The notes beneath the pieces were generated by a model. That model searched no databases, was not told the DNA's origin, and saw only the letters and a program-made list of their open reading frames with translations. The position numbers were made by a program, and so were the translations under genes. A stretch of DNA of 64,000 nucleotides from a virus (Duplodnaviria > Caudoviricetes), in the IMG/VR virus record IMGVR_UViG_3300027764_000001, positions 1,302 through 65,301 of that record; one strand, given 5' to 3'. This document shows, piece after piece, positions 39,699 through 49,455 of this stretch; position 1 is the stretch's first letter; every line of letters begins with the position of its first letter.

Positions 39699-41410
39699 GG
39701 CATTTTAACGTCAGACATATCTGGCGGTTGTTGAGGTATAAAGCAACCAGATCTTGGTTCCCATTTAAAATGAGCTTCAGCACCGTTTTCACCTAAGTTT
39801 TGAAATTTAACTTTTAATACTTTACATTTAACAGTCTTCTGTTCATAATCTCTATGTACTAATAAACCATGATAAGATGCATCGTACCATTCACCACCAC
39901 CTTTAATATTGTACATTGTTGGTTCTTCTATTTTACCATCTTTATCTTTGTACATTTTAGTTGGGTGAGCAACTACTATAACTAATACGTCATACTTTTT
40001 AGCAAATATCTCTATCTGTTGTAAATATTCTAATGTATATACATTAACATCTCCAGAAGCGTCTGTAGCTCTAACTTTATTAAATGGATCTATAACTAAA
40101 CACTTGATACCTTTTCGTTTAACTAGTTCAGCACCTTTTCTAAGAACAGACTCTAACGTGTATCTTTCCATATCTATAAAGAAATAGCTTTCATTAACAT
40201 GAGCTGCGACTTGATTCCATTTTTCACCGTGTATATCTTCAGGCGAAGGCATATCACCCCATGTTTTACGCATTAGTTTATGAGCATGTAGATAAGTTGG
40301 TTGATTTTCAGGAGAAGCGAATGCAGTCTTCCAACCATAATTACCGTTATATCCGATAACCATTTGGTCAACAAAGTCAGATTTACCTGAACTAGGTATT
40401 CCAGTAACTGTAATGAATTGACCAGTGTATGTAGAAAATATACTATCAAAATTGCTAAGCCCAACTTGAAAACCTGGTTTAAAACCATTTCTAACGAAAT
40501 CTGTAACGTCATCTTCTATGTCTTTAAATGTTTTAACGTTTTCTAATGGAACAGGTCTTGATTGAGATATTCTTTGCGATAACTTTTCTTTACCATACTT
40601 TAATAAGTATTCATTCGCATCTTTACAATCTTCAAACGATGCTAAATAGCATACTTCTGAACCTAGTCTACGTATTAACTCTGTTTGTAATGCTTGACCA
40701 GCAGCGTCAGAATCTACTGCTAATATAATCTTTTCTTTATCATCAAAGTAATCAATACAACTATCTAAATAATCTAAGTTGTTTGTATTTAAAGTAGCAC
40801 CGTTTGGAACAGATATAACATTTGTTATACCGGCTTCGTGTAAAGCTAATACATCCATTTCGCCTTCTACTATTATACAATACTCGTAACCTACAATACT
40901 GTTTATGTTATAGAATACTTTTTCTGCGCCTTTATATAATTTAAAATGCTTATGACCATCTCTATATTTTATGTTGACCAATTCATCGCCAACAAAGTAA
41001 TTAAAGTGTATAGCATTTTCTTCTTTGCCTGTTTGAGGCATAAATTCTTTTCCCTCTGATATTCGTAATTCATAAAGAGTTTCTTTTGAAATACCACGAT
41101 CGTTAAACCATTTTATTACTGGTTCACTTATTTGCATTTCTTCAACGTGTTCTTTAACAGCTGGTTTAATATAAACCTTTTCACTAGAACCTTTACGTTG
41201 ATAAGTATGTAACTGAAATGACTTATTACAATTATGACAAGTTCCTAATCCTCTTTCCCAGTCGTACGAGGCACACTTTGCTTTCTCATTCTTAGGTTTT
41301 CTATCAGAAGAGCACAAAGGACAAATGCCTTGTGTTTTACCTTCTTCAAGACCATACTTATTGAATGTATCAATTAAGAAACCATTGATCTCCGTGTTGT
41401 TTACTTGCAT
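39689..41410 (-). CDS. T7 gp4/Twinkle-like primase-helicase
   Basis: Zn finger CPLC..CHNC, TOPRIM VEGEMD and DSDAAG, Walker A TGIPSSGKS, VIDP, VVAHP. Confidence 0.92.
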   Translation of the reverse strand: MQVNNTEINGFLIDTFNKYGLEEGKTQGICPLCSSDRKPKNEKAKCASYDWERGLGTCHNCNKSFQLHTYQRKGSSEKVYIKPAVKEHVEEMQISEPVIKWFNDRGISKETLYELRISEGKEFMPQTGKEENAIHFNYFVGDELVNIKYRDGHKHFKLYKGAEKVFYNINSIVGYEYCIIVEGEMDVLALHEAGITNVISVPNGATLNTNNLDYLDSCIDYFDDKEKIILAVDSDAAGQALQTELIRRLGSEVCYLASFEDCKDANEYLLKYGKEKLSQRISQSRPVPLENVKTFKDIEDDVTDFVRNGFKPGFQVGLSNFDSIFSTYTGQFITVTGIPSSGKSDFVDQMVIGYNGNYGWKTAFASPENQPTYLHAHKLMRKTWGDMPSPEDIHGEKWNQVAAHVNESYFFIDMERYTLESVLRKGAELVKRKGIKCLVIDPFNKVRATDASGDVNVYTLEYLQQIEIFAKKYDVLVIVVAHPTKMYKDKDGKIEEPTMYNIKGGGEWYDASYHGLLVHRDYEQKTVKCKVLKVKFQNLGENGAEAHFKWEPRSGCFIPQQPPDMSDVKMPWE

Positions 41411-41448
41411 TTGTTACTTTATTTAATTGTTACTAATTCTAGATAGAA

Positions 41449-41469
41449 AAACCCCAACTTGTGGGGTTT
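41449..41469 (-). terminator. hairpin terminator after ssb
   Basis: AAACCCCA-acttg-TGGGGTTT, U-run on the - strand. Confidence 0.6.
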
Positions 41470-41476
41470 ATTTATA

Positions 41477-41794
41477 TTAAAAAGGTAAATCATCTATAGG
41501 TGCCACTTGTTTTGCAGGAGCACTACGTTGCTGTGGTTGACCGTCTCGAGGTCCAACATCTACATTGTTACCGTTAGTCCAAGATACTTTAACATTACCT
41601 AAATAAACTTTAGGAGACTTAGATTCTCTCTCTTCTTTGCTTTGACCAACAGTGATTGGACCTTGATTACCAAAATTATCTGGTTCATCATTTAAGACTA
41701 TAGTTATAGGAAGGTACTTACCTTTTTTTCCGTCTATAATCTTGTTTTTTGGAATTTCATTAAGATTAATGCTTGCGTTGATAATTGATGCCAT
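41477..41794 (-). CDS. ssb: single-stranded DNA-binding protein
   Basis: 105 aa beta-rich, acidic DDLPF tail. Confidence 0.7.
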   Translation of the reverse strand: MASIINASINLNEIPKNKIIDGKKGKYLPITIVLNDEPDNFGNQGPITVGQSKEERESKSPKVYLGNVKVSWTNGNNVDVGPRDGQPQQRSAPAKQVAPIDDLPF

Positions 41795-41795
41795 A

Positions 41796-41921
41796 TTAGA
41801 ATATATTAAATTGGTTTAAAAATTGTTTTAATCTTTGGTAAACGCTAAGTTGTTGTTTTACTTCTTTGTAGACTTTTAAGTCTTGTGGTACAACAGGTGT
41901 TGTTTTCTTTGGTCTCGCCAT
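41796..41921 (-). CDS. small hypothetical protein (41 aa)
   Basis: Hand-translated MARPKKTTPVVPQDLKVYKEV...; fills the operon gap. Confidence 0.4.
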   Translation of the reverse strand: MARPKKTTPVVPQDLKVYKEVKQQLSVYQRLKQFLNQFNIF

Positions 41922-41927
41922 AAATAA

Positions 41928-42659
41928 TTAAAGTGTTAAATTAATAAAATAGTTTTCAGGTTTAAATTCTGGGTTATTATAAAAAAGATTATATGCTTCT
42001 ACTGCTTTTTCTACTTTTTCTTTACCTCTGTTTAAAAATTCATCAGAGCAATCATAAACACCTATTTGATGTGTATTCTTATCTATTGCCATAAATACTA
42101 AATCATAACCAAATAGTTGCCTATAAATATATGCTTGACTATCATAGTTATATTTCTTTGCAGAATACTTAAAGTCTAATATATTAGATGTTGTTTTAAG
42201 ATCTATAATTAATTTCTCTGAATGATTAAGTATATCTGCTTTTCCTTTCCACATAGCACCACTTATTTCAGCGATACCAGGAACTTCATAATCAACATTG
42301 TCTGATCTTATTAAACCACGACATACTTCGTTTGAAAGCATTTTGTCTATCATTAATTCTAGTTGGTCAACTTCATGCTGTAATAAGCACATTTCACCTT
42401 CAGATATTTCTTTATATACATTAGTATTTCTTGTTGAAGATTGTATTACTTTGTATTTCTTAAGTTTATCTGGTTCTAATATAGCGGTATGAAAATAACC
42501 ACCAACTAAAAAGTTTACGTTAGATTGCTGTGGATCTTTTAAAGCTAAAGGGTTTGTAAGTAATGTAGATATATTTGAATTACTAAGAAATTGTTTACCA
42601 AAGTCGCCATAATATTCTGCATCGTCTTTTAACTTTTCTAATATAAGTTCTTTCTTCAT
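41928..42659 (-). CDS. PD-(D/E)XK exonuclease (RecE/exonuclease VIII-like)
   Basis: WKGKAD...IIDLKTT...YDSQAYIY; adjacent to ERF. Confidence 0.8.
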   Translation of the reverse strand: MKKELILEKLKDDAEYYGDFGKQFLSNSNISTLLTNPLALKDPQQSNVNFLVGGYFHTAILEPDKLKKYKVIQSSTRNTNVYKEISEGEMCLLQHEVDQLELMIDKMLSNEVCRGLIRSDNVDYEVPGIAEISGAMWKGKADILNHSEKLIIDLKTTSNILDFKYSAKKYNYDSQAYIYRQLFGYDLVFMAIDKNTHQIGVYDCSDEFLNRGKEKVEKAVEAYNLFYNNPEFKPENYFINLTL

Positions 42660-42660
42660 A

Positions 42661-43221
42661 CTATAGTTTTGATAAAATTGTTACTGCTTCTTTGCTTAAA
42701 TCGTATTTACCTTTAATAGTATCAATAGAACCGCCATTAGCTACAAATTGTTTTGCTTTCTCAAAAGCATCATCTTTAACATCTAGTTTTGTTTTAGCAA
42801 CTGGTTCCTTACCGTGTGTAGCCGTAGCGTCTGCATCAGCAGTATCATCAATAAGTAATAAATTACCTAAAGCATATTTTTTACCGTAAGAAGATGCTGA
42901 ACCAAAAGCTTGAGGCGTTTGCATACCTTTTTGCTGTAAGTCTACACCAACTATTGCTTTTACTTCGATAACGGCGTCACTGTTTACATCGTGTATAGCA
43001 GCTTTGCTGATAATAACTGGTAATTCATGCGAATACAGATAATCTTCGTTGACTGTAAAGAATACTCCGTATTGTGCATTAAAAGGTTTTAGACCTTCAA
43101 GTATATCTTCTGCAGAACGGAAGTTGTACTTACCAAAGGAATTATACCTACTTTTGTTTGCTTTAAATTCAATTTGAATTTTAGATAACTTTTCAGATAA
43201 ACTCATTTCAATTTTACTCAT
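42661..43221 (-). CDS. erf: ERF-family ssDNA annealing protein
   Basis: YNSFGKYNFRSAEDIL, GSASSYGKKYAL..LLLIDDTADAD. Confidence 0.85.
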   Translation of the reverse strand: MSKIEMSLSEKLSKIQIEFKANKSRYNSFGKYNFRSAEDILEGLKPFNAQYGVFFTVNEDYLYSHELPVIISKAAIHDVNSDAVIEVKAIVGVDLQQKGMQTPQAFGSASSYGKKYALGNLLLIDDTADADATATHGKEPVAKTKLDVKDDAFEKAKQFVANGGSIDTIKGKYDLSKEAVTILSKL

Positions 43222-43255
43222 TATATTTGATTTAATTAGTTTAAGTTGTTATATA

Positions 43256-43270
43256 TATAATCACACATTT
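43256..43270 (-). promoter_or_regulatory. putative phage-sigma promoter for the recombination/replication operon
   Basis: Minus strand AAAAATGTGTGATTATATATA between the sigma stop and the erf start. Confidence 0.45.
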
Positions 43271-43280
43271 TTGACATAAC

Positions 43281-44063
43281 TTACATGAAGTCAATTACTT
43301 GTGACGAGTCGACGTTAGCTATTAATTTTGAAATAGCAAACTTTTTTAATTCTGAAACCCTTACATAAGCACTTGGACCTTTGAAGTCTAAAATTTCTGC
43401 AATTGCATTTGCTGAATGCTTATCACAGTCTAAACCATAACTAAGTCTTAATACATTTGCTTCAACATCTGTTAAATGTTTCTTAAATATACTAAGTAAA
43501 TAAGCGTTTAGTAAATCTATATTATATTCAGTTGATTTGTCTTCATATTGATACATACCTTTTTCTGAATTAGGATAGAAATCTGAAGAGTCAGCGTCGT
43601 TAAAACCAATGTCTATACTTTTAAATATACTATTAAAAAACATTTCAAGTATCTGTTTGTCTTCAGGATTTTTACGTATTTCATTTATTTTATATTCAGG
43701 GATTCTCATTGTCCCTCTATATACATTTATCGCATATCTAATGCGTCCTTTAATACGTTTAGATAGAAATGATTTGATTGTCTGTTCTTGGTTCTCAGAT
43801 GTGTTTATTTTATCCCAGTCTATTTTATCTACTGACATTATTAATCCTATACTACCTTCTTGTATTAAGTCATTTATATCTAAAATACCAGAAGCTTGGT
43901 CTGCAGTTGAAAACTTTTTAGCTATATTTTCTACTAATGGAAGGAACATGTTTATTAGATCATCTCTTGAATACTCATTGTATTGCTTTTGTTCTAATCT
44001 ACCAATAGTCTTTTTTACATCATTTTTATATATTAGATGGTTTTGTAAGTTATACTTTTTCAT
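43281..44063 (-). CDS. phage RNA polymerase sigma-70 family factor
   Basis: Region 2 LPLVENIAKKF..DLIQEGSIGLIMSVDK; region 4 HTH LTDVEANVLRLSYGL..IAEIL..RVSELKKFAISKL. Confidence 0.88.
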   Translation of the reverse strand: MKKYNLQNHLIYKNDVKKTIGRLEQKQYNEYSRDDLINMFLPLVENIAKKFSTADQASGILDINDLIQEGSIGLIMSVDKIDWDKINTSENQEQTIKSFLSKRIKGRIRYAINVYRGTMRIPEYKINEIRKNPEDKQILEMFFNSIFKSIDIGFNDADSSDFYPNSEKGMYQYEDKSTEYNIDLLNAYLLSIFKKHLTDVEANVLRLSYGLDCDKHSANAIAEILDFKGPSAYVRVSELKKFAISKLIANVDSSQVIDFM

Positions 44064-44177
44064 ATTCTGTAATTTTTAGAAATGCTTTTGTCATTTGTTC
44101 ATTATCAGAGTAATATAGATTACGCATGTTTTTCATCCACTCGTTAAATTTAATAGCTTCTTCCATGTTGTTTAGTT

Positions 44178-44477
44178 TTAGTTAATTAATAATTTTAATG
44201 CTTCAAAATGACCATCTACCGCATCGTTAAAAGAATAATATCTTTCTTGATATTGGTCGTGTTCTCCTCCAAATATCATAGTTTCCCATAGTAACGGTTT
44301 AGTATCGTCTCTTGGATAAGAATGATCTAAACCAAGAAAAACTGTAGATATACGTATTCCTTCAACTTCTTGTTGCATTACAATTCTTTGTATTTCATTA
44401 TCTGAAACCCAATTAAAATAATCTCTACTGCTACTTGCTTTTACAGGATTATTGTTTTCGTCTAATTTGTACCACAT
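44178..44477 (-). CDS. hypothetical phage protein
   Basis: 99 aa; ISTVFLGLDH..WETMIFGG..YQERY pattern. Confidence 0.65.
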   Translation of the reverse strand: MWYKLDENNNPVKASSSRDYFNWVSDNEIQRIVMQQEVEGIRISTVFLGLDHSYPRDDTKPLLWETMIFGGEHDQYQERYYSFNDAVDGHFEALKLLIN

Positions 44478-45091
44478 AAATCTTGATTTAGTAATTCTTT
44501 TTCTTTTTTTAATTCATTGCTCATGTTTCTATATATAGTTCTTGTAGAACAATTTAAGTAACTAGCTAATTTGTCAACTGTTATTTTATTGCCTTCATCA
44601 TGAGTGTATAGCATGGCATCATAAATCTCTGACTCTGAAAGTTTTTTACGACCGATAATTTGACCTACGATTTGTAGTTTTTGTTCTGCCGTTAATTGGC
44701 ATGTATCTTTAAAAATTATCTTACGTATTTTGTTTTTAGGTGGCCGTTCTAAATCATGCATGCTAACATCATGAAGTATTGTTTTTAATATATGCTCTGA
44801 AACATTAAAGGTAACAAAGTTATTTGACTTATCACATATAAATCTAAATAAATTTTCTAATTTATCTTGATCTAATTGAGGATTAAGATACCATATAACT
44901 AATATATGCCACTTTAGACTTTTATAAGTATTTATTTTGGCTTTGCTTCTAAATAACTCATAATACTCAGTAGTACCTTCTTCATAATAATCACCCCATT
45001 CAAACCTTGCTGATGGTTGATCATTAATAGGTGCTCTTCTGTATATTATACGCCTATCTGTTAAATACTTTATTTTTCTATCGTGTGACAT
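44462..45091 (-). CDS. DNA-binding protein with C-terminal HTH (possible replication initiator/regulator)
   Basis: ITVDKLASYLNCSTRTIYRNM HTH; start codon lies inside a 46-bp inverted-repeat site. Confidence 0.65.
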   Translation of the reverse strand: MSHDRKIKYLTDRRIIYRRAPINDQPSARFEWGDYYEEGTTEYYELFRSKAKINTYKSLKWHILVIWYLNPQLDQDKLENLFRFICDKSNNFVTFNVSEHILKTILHDVSMHDLERPPKNKIRKIIFKDTCQLTAEQKLQIVGQIIGRKKLSESEIYDAMLYTHDEGNKITVDKLASYLNCSTRTIYRNMSNELKKEKELLNQDLCGTN

Positions 45092-45129
45092 TAGCCCCTT
45101 ACTAGTTATATATACAGCCTATTGTCACA
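45084..45129. promoter_or_regulatory. 46-bp inverted-repeat site A
   Basis: TGTGACATTAG-N24-CTATTGTCACA; same arms and length at 52323-52368. Confidence 0.75.
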
Positions 45130-45247
45130 GTTCTGTATAATTATTAATATAATATTCTTCTTCGCAATCACATTCATTATTCATTTCATTTCTCATTTCT
45201 TCGAAATATTCTTTTGTTTTTCCCATACTTAATAGGCTATTTTCATG

Positions 45248-45523
45248 TTAAGTTCCATTTAATATATTTTCGATTTCTTTAATACGTTTTACACATAAGC
45301 CAGCTTCTTCATATTGCTCGTTTACTTTAAACGCTTCCAACATAACTTTTAATTTACTTAGTTCCATTAAAAGCTTTTGGTCGTCTTCAACTCGTTGATG
45401 AACCTCTATAGGTATACCACTGCTTTCAAGGTCTTTAATAAACTCTTTGTCTAACTCTTTTTGTTTATTGTACATTTTACCTACAATAATGTCTGCTAAT
45501 TCGTTCATCTCTTCTTTCGTCAT
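45248..45523 (-). CDS. hypothetical protein with C-terminal UVR-like coiled coil
   Basis: LEAFKVNEQYEEAGLCVKRIKEIE. Confidence 0.55.
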   Translation of the reverse strand: MTKEEMNELADIIVGKMYNKQKELDKEFIKDLESSGIPIEVHQRVEDDQKLLMELSKLKVMLEAFKVNEQYEEAGLCVKRIKEIENILNGT

Positions 45524-45544
45524 ATATAATTGTTTAATTGTTAC

Positions 45545-45578
45545 GATATTATCTACAAACTTTTCTGTTAAGTCCGTG
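45545..45578 (-). promoter_or_regulatory. early promoter motif copy 1
   Basis: Minus strand CACGGACTTA-N15-GATAATATC, 22 nt before the ATG at 45523. Confidence 0.75.
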
Positions 45579-45689
45579 TAGTATTTACATTCTACCTATT
45601 TCTTTCATCTTCAATACTAAGAAGATAATAATGATAGTAACATAGAATATTACTAGTTTTATTAAGTTTAATACATTTTTTATCATAAA

Positions 45690-45962
45690 TTAATCTAATA
45701 AAATCATATATGCTTTAGGGTTGTTTTTAATAAACCAGTCAATAGACATGTCAAAGTCACGTATTATGCCTTTGCTTAATATTCCTACATTAGAAAAAGC
45801 TTCACAACCTTTTATAAAGTCGTATATACTTAAACTAATTGGATCTAGAAATACTGATTCGCCAGAAAAAGGATTAGTAACTTCTTCACCTTTGGTGTAA
45901 ATTTGTCCTTCAAAGAATTCAGGAACAATTAATTCTTTTCCAAATATATCTTTATCTTCCAT
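45690..45962 (-). CDS. hypothetical protein
   Basis: 90 aa ORF. Confidence 0.65.
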   Translation of the reverse strand: MEDKDIFGKELIVPEFFEGQIYTKGEEVTNPFSGESVFLDPISLSIYDFIKGCEAFSNVGILSKGIIRDFDMSIDWFIKNNPKAYMILLD

Positions 45963-45972
45963 AATAACTGTT

Positions 45973-46188
45973 TTAAGTGTTATCTTTTTCTATTAAAGTA
46001 GCTATATAATTCCATATATCTATTTCTTTTTTAACATGATTAATAACGCCTTCTAATTCATTTAGCGTTATTCCACCTGTTAAACCCATGTGATAATCTC
46101 TTTCTAAAGACACTAATTCAAATCTAAGTGAAGATAGTTTAGAAAAAGCTTTGTCACTAGTTTTTTCTTTTAATTCTATAATATTCAT
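45973..46188 (-). CDS. hypothetical protein
   Basis: 71 aa ORF, coupled. Confidence 0.6.
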   Translation of the reverse strand: MNIIELKEKTSDKAFSKLSSLRFELVSLERDYHMGLTGGITLNELEGVINHVKKEIDIWNYIATLIEKDNT

Positions 46189-46189
46189 A

Positions 46190-46492
46190 TTACTGAGTTA
46201 ATAAAAGTTCTACTTCTCTAGCTGCTTCAAATGTTATAGCAGAACTATTACCACCAATATGCCATTCGATTTCTTCGTCTGTTTCAATAGTTCTATATTC
46301 TTTCCAGTCATAAATTGTAAAAACATCACCATTATCTGTTTCACATGTCCATTCGAAGTTTACTTTATCGTCACCATCGTTTGATTGGTATTGTGCTTGT
46401 CCTAATGTTCTATTTAATTCATCTACTGTAGCGTATATAGTAGAATTGTGGAAACTAGTTCCATCTGCTGTTTTTTCTGTTAATTTTGCCAT
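46190..46492 (-). CDS. hypothetical phage protein
   Basis: 100 aa; GTSF..DKVNFEW..FTIYDWK..WHIGG. Confidence 0.65.
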   Translation of the reverse strand: MAKLTEKTADGTSFHNSTIYATVDELNRTLGQAQYQSNDGDDKVNFEWTCETDNGDVFTIYDWKEYRTIETDEEIEWHIGGNSSAITFEAAREVELLLTQ

Positions 46493-46547
46493 GATTTTTT
46501 GTTTTAAGTTTTAGTTTTTTTTAAGTTTTAGTGTGTATAGCAAAGTG

Positions 46548-46766
46548 TTACTCTACTATTTTAATGAAATTACCTTGTTTGTCATGTAATGTAGTAAGTT
46601 CGAATTCTCGATCTAAATGATCAAAAGCATGGTCAACCATTAAGTGTATGGCGCCAGCGTTAAATTCAGCAAATGTACCTTTAAATCCTTTTAACAAAGC
46701 ATACTGATAAAAGAAATTTACATCTACTATTTTTTTATTTCTCATTTTTATATAATCCTCTTTCAT
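46548..46766 (-). CDS. hypothetical protein
   Basis: 72 aa ORF. Confidence 0.55.
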   Translation of the reverse strand: MKEDYIKMRNKKIVDVNFFYQYALLKGFKGTFAEFNAGAIHLMVDHAFDHLDREFELTTLHDKQGNFIKIVE

Positions 46767-46780
46767 AAAACGAATGTATT

Positions 46781-46810
46781 AAAAAGACCCACCTTTCACA
46801 GTGGGCCCTT
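46781..46810 (-). terminator. Rho-independent terminator after the vWA gene
   Basis: Minus strand AAGGGCCCAC-tgtgaaag-GTGGGTC-TTTTT. Confidence 0.65.
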
Positions 46811-46817
46811 TAAATTA

Positions 46818-48248
46818 TTAAAAAGCGTTACTTTGAGCTTTTTGAGCTCTTTCAGCCATTTGTGCTTTTTTACCATCATCAATGATAGTAGTACCTTCTT
46901 CTGCATAAGCAGTAACAGAACAGTCACGATCAACTCTAACTTGTTTACCACCAGTTTTAATACATAGTGTTTTTAACTCGTCGCTGAATTCCATTAATGA
47001 TATTGCGTTTACTTTATAGGGTAAAGTATCATAGCCAACTTCATCTTGACCATCATTAATAATTAATATCTCTGGTTTTTCTTGTGATAAATCCATATTT
47101 AGATTACCTAAATGTTGATTACTAATATCTTCAGATATACTAGTTACAATACCACCAATATCAGTTGTACCACCATTAGGATCATTAGAAAACCAAGACC
47201 AGAAGTTCATTACATCTTCTCTGTTTTTAAGATGATGAAACTGTAATTTACTTGGACTACATACAAAGTAGCTAAAGAATACTTCAGCTTCTTCTTTCAT
47301 AACGTATTTTAAACGGTCAATGAGTATAGCATTCACCCATATCTGTTTTTCAGGATAACCCATACTACCAGAATAATCTAATAATATAATTATCTTTTGT
47401 TTTTGTTCTTTTTTGTCTACAGGTACGTTGACTGTTAAGTCTTTAGTTAAGAACTTAGTACGAAAGTTTGGAAACATTTTTTGATATAACTCTATGTTAC
47501 TGAACTGAGCATAGTCACGCATAATCTTTTTAGCGTATTGGTCAGAGTTAGATACAATTTTTTCTTCAACTTCTTTTTCTACTTTGAATTGATCACCAAG
47601 ATTACCAACGATAGATATTTTATCTAATATATCCATTTTACGCTCTTTACTTAATTCATTAAAGTCAAGTTGATCGTTAATGTCTGCGTCAGAATATATT
47701 TTTCTATCGAAGTTTAAACTAGTTTCAAAATCAACATCTTGTTCTTCACCACGATCACCAGTCTCGCTGTTGCCACCTATTTTTTTGTAAATGGCAATAG
47801 CTTGTTCTAGTGGAGTATTACCTGGAATAAAAGTATCAAACAAAGAATCATACAATTGTTTTTTCTTTTCATAGTCTGCAACTTCGCTGTCAGATAATTT
47901 ACTTGTGTCTGAATATTTTTCTTGAAAATAATCACGCTCATCAATCATCTTGAAATAACAAACTCTAGCTAGTTCTTTGATAGTGTCTATTGACTTATCA
48001 ATCCATACGTGAGTCTTAGCTTTAATGTCTGACTTAGTAGGCGTTATATAAGTAACTGGGTCTTTGATTGATAAATTAGAATTATCATCTAACACACTAG
48101 CGCCATTCCAAGAATAATTAGACCATACACTTGGTTGCCAAACATTTTTTGTATAAGATTTAGAACCACCGTAACCATAACCGTAATCATCATAACCATC
48201 GTTGTAACCATCGTTACTGCCGTAGTATTTACTCCAATATTTACTCAT
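46818..48248 (-). CDS. von Willebrand factor A (vWA) domain protein
   Basis: MIDAS motif LLDYSGSM, GGTTD, ILIINDG; Y/G/D-rich N-terminus. Confidence 0.85.
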   Translation of the reverse strand: MSKYWSKYYGSNDGYNDGYDDYGYGYGGSKSYTKNVWQPSVWSNYSWNGASVLDDNSNLSIKDPVTYITPTKSDIKAKTHVWIDKSIDTIKELARVCYFKMIDERDYFQEKYSDTSKLSDSEVADYEKKKQLYDSLFDTFIPGNTPLEQAIAIYKKIGGNSETGDRGEEQDVDFETSLNFDRKIYSDADINDQLDFNELSKERKMDILDKISIVGNLGDQFKVEKEVEEKIVSNSDQYAKKIMRDYAQFSNIELYQKMFPNFRTKFLTKDLTVNVPVDKKEQKQKIIILLDYSGSMGYPEKQIWVNAILIDRLKYVMKEEAEVFFSYFVCSPSKLQFHHLKNREDVMNFWSWFSNDPNGGTTDIGGIVTSISEDISNQHLGNLNMDLSQEKPEILIINDGQDEVGYDTLPYKVNAISLMEFSDELKTLCIKTGGKQVRVDRDCSVTAYAEEGTTIIDDGKKAQMAERAQKAQSNAF

Positions 48249-48268
48249 GTTATATTATTTAAGGTTAA

Positions 48269-49306
48269 TTACTCCATTATTGAAGTTACAGTTTGTTTCT
48301 TAGATAAACTTGTATATAATTCTGTAGCTGTTTTGATTAACGAAGCGTGAGTTGAAATAAGATCGTCTGTTACAGTTAATTTTTTCATTTCTTTAATACC
48401 AGTAGCCAGTAAACCAAGATCATTAGTGAATTTAGCTTTTTCCTCAGTAGTAATCATATTATTACTTTGTAATTGACTGATAGTAACATCAAGATCGTTA
48501 GATAATTTTCTGAATTTTAACGTACTTTGATATTTTTTAAGCGTATCAGCGATTAACGTAGGTTTTTTAGCAAACTCTGCGATAAAACTTAACGAGTCTG
48601 GACCACATTCTTGATAAACTGTATAAGCAGTTACTGCAACACGAGGTGATATTGTAATACCACCACGGTGATATTCCTGTAATAAGAATGGAATAATAGG
48701 ATCTATATTACCTTCGCCAAACTTTGTTTCTAATAATTTATTATAACTAGCTTCAGTATAATTATCCCATATAACATTTAACTCAAGTGGAAAACGTTCC
48801 ATTAAAGCTTTTAACGATGCATTTTTAGAGAATTCTTCACGAGTACGATTAGTACAACAGATAATGAATTTTGTTTTGATAGGGAAAATCTGCGTACCAT
48901 TTCTGAACACTTTAGAAGATAAAATATCTTTTAATTGTTCTAATATAAAATCAGGAGCATCAAATAATTCTTCGAATATAACATACTCGTTATTCATAAA
49001 AGAGTTTTCAACTAAATACTCGATTTTACCTGTTTTTTCGAATGTAGGTATATCAAGACCACCGAATAATCTATCTGTAGTCATACCTGTACCCATTGTA
49101 ATAACATAAGGATCAATACCTTTTTCAGCAAGATATGCTAATGTAAGTTCTGATTTACCGTGACCACCTGGACCGTAGAGTACGATGTTTTTACCAGTCT
49201 TAAGACCGATGTCTAAGATACTAAGTGATTTATCCATAAATACGAAGTCAGCACCTACGCCTTGGACTTCTTCTACTACTGCTTTTGTTTTTCTAGCTGT
49301 CGCCAT
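48269..49306 (-). CDS. MoxR/RavA-type AAA+ ATPase
   Basis: Walker A YGPGGHGKS, DRLFG, Walker B variant IFEEL, CTN sensor, ALMERF; paired with vWA. Confidence 0.85.
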   Translation of the reverse strand: MATARKTKAVVEEVQGVGADFVFMDKSLSILDIGLKTGKNIVLYGPGGHGKSELTLAYLAEKGIDPYVITMGTGMTTDRLFGGLDIPTFEKTGKIEYLVENSFMNNEYVIFEELFDAPDFILEQLKDILSSKVFRNGTQIFPIKTKFIICCTNRTREEFSKNASLKALMERFPLELNVIWDNYTEASYNKLLETKFGEGNIDPIIPFLLQEYHRGGITISPRVAVTAYTVYQECGPDSLSFIAEFAKKPTLIADTLKKYQSTLKFRKLSNDLDVTISQLQSNNMITTEEKAKFTNDLGLLATGIKEMKKLTVTDDLISTHASLIKTATELYTSLSKKQTVTSIME

Positions 49307-49357
49307 AATTAAAGGGTTTAAAGGGTTAAATAAATAATTACCAACGTGGTAACTTTG

Positions 49358-49422
49358 TAACTAAGAGAGGATCGAACTCTCAACGCCAACTCAGTCGGAG
49401 CGTCATCTGCCAAGATTTAGTT
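49358..49422 (-). ncRNA. short tRNA-like RNA (65 nt)
   Basis: Closing stem AACTAA/TTAGTT, ATCT-TGGC-AGAT arm, long central arm, T-arm GAGAG-TTCGATC-CTCTC. Confidence 0.5.
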
Positions 49423-49455
49423 GCCGCACTATGTCAAAGTGTGTATAGCAAGCCG

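Noticed and set aside
34800-41410. Inteins or introns in RNR, the TS homologue or primase-helicase (also checked TerL)
   Set aside because: Protein lengths and motif spacing are ordinary; no intein-type C/S...HN splice-junction pattern or interrupted ORFs seen
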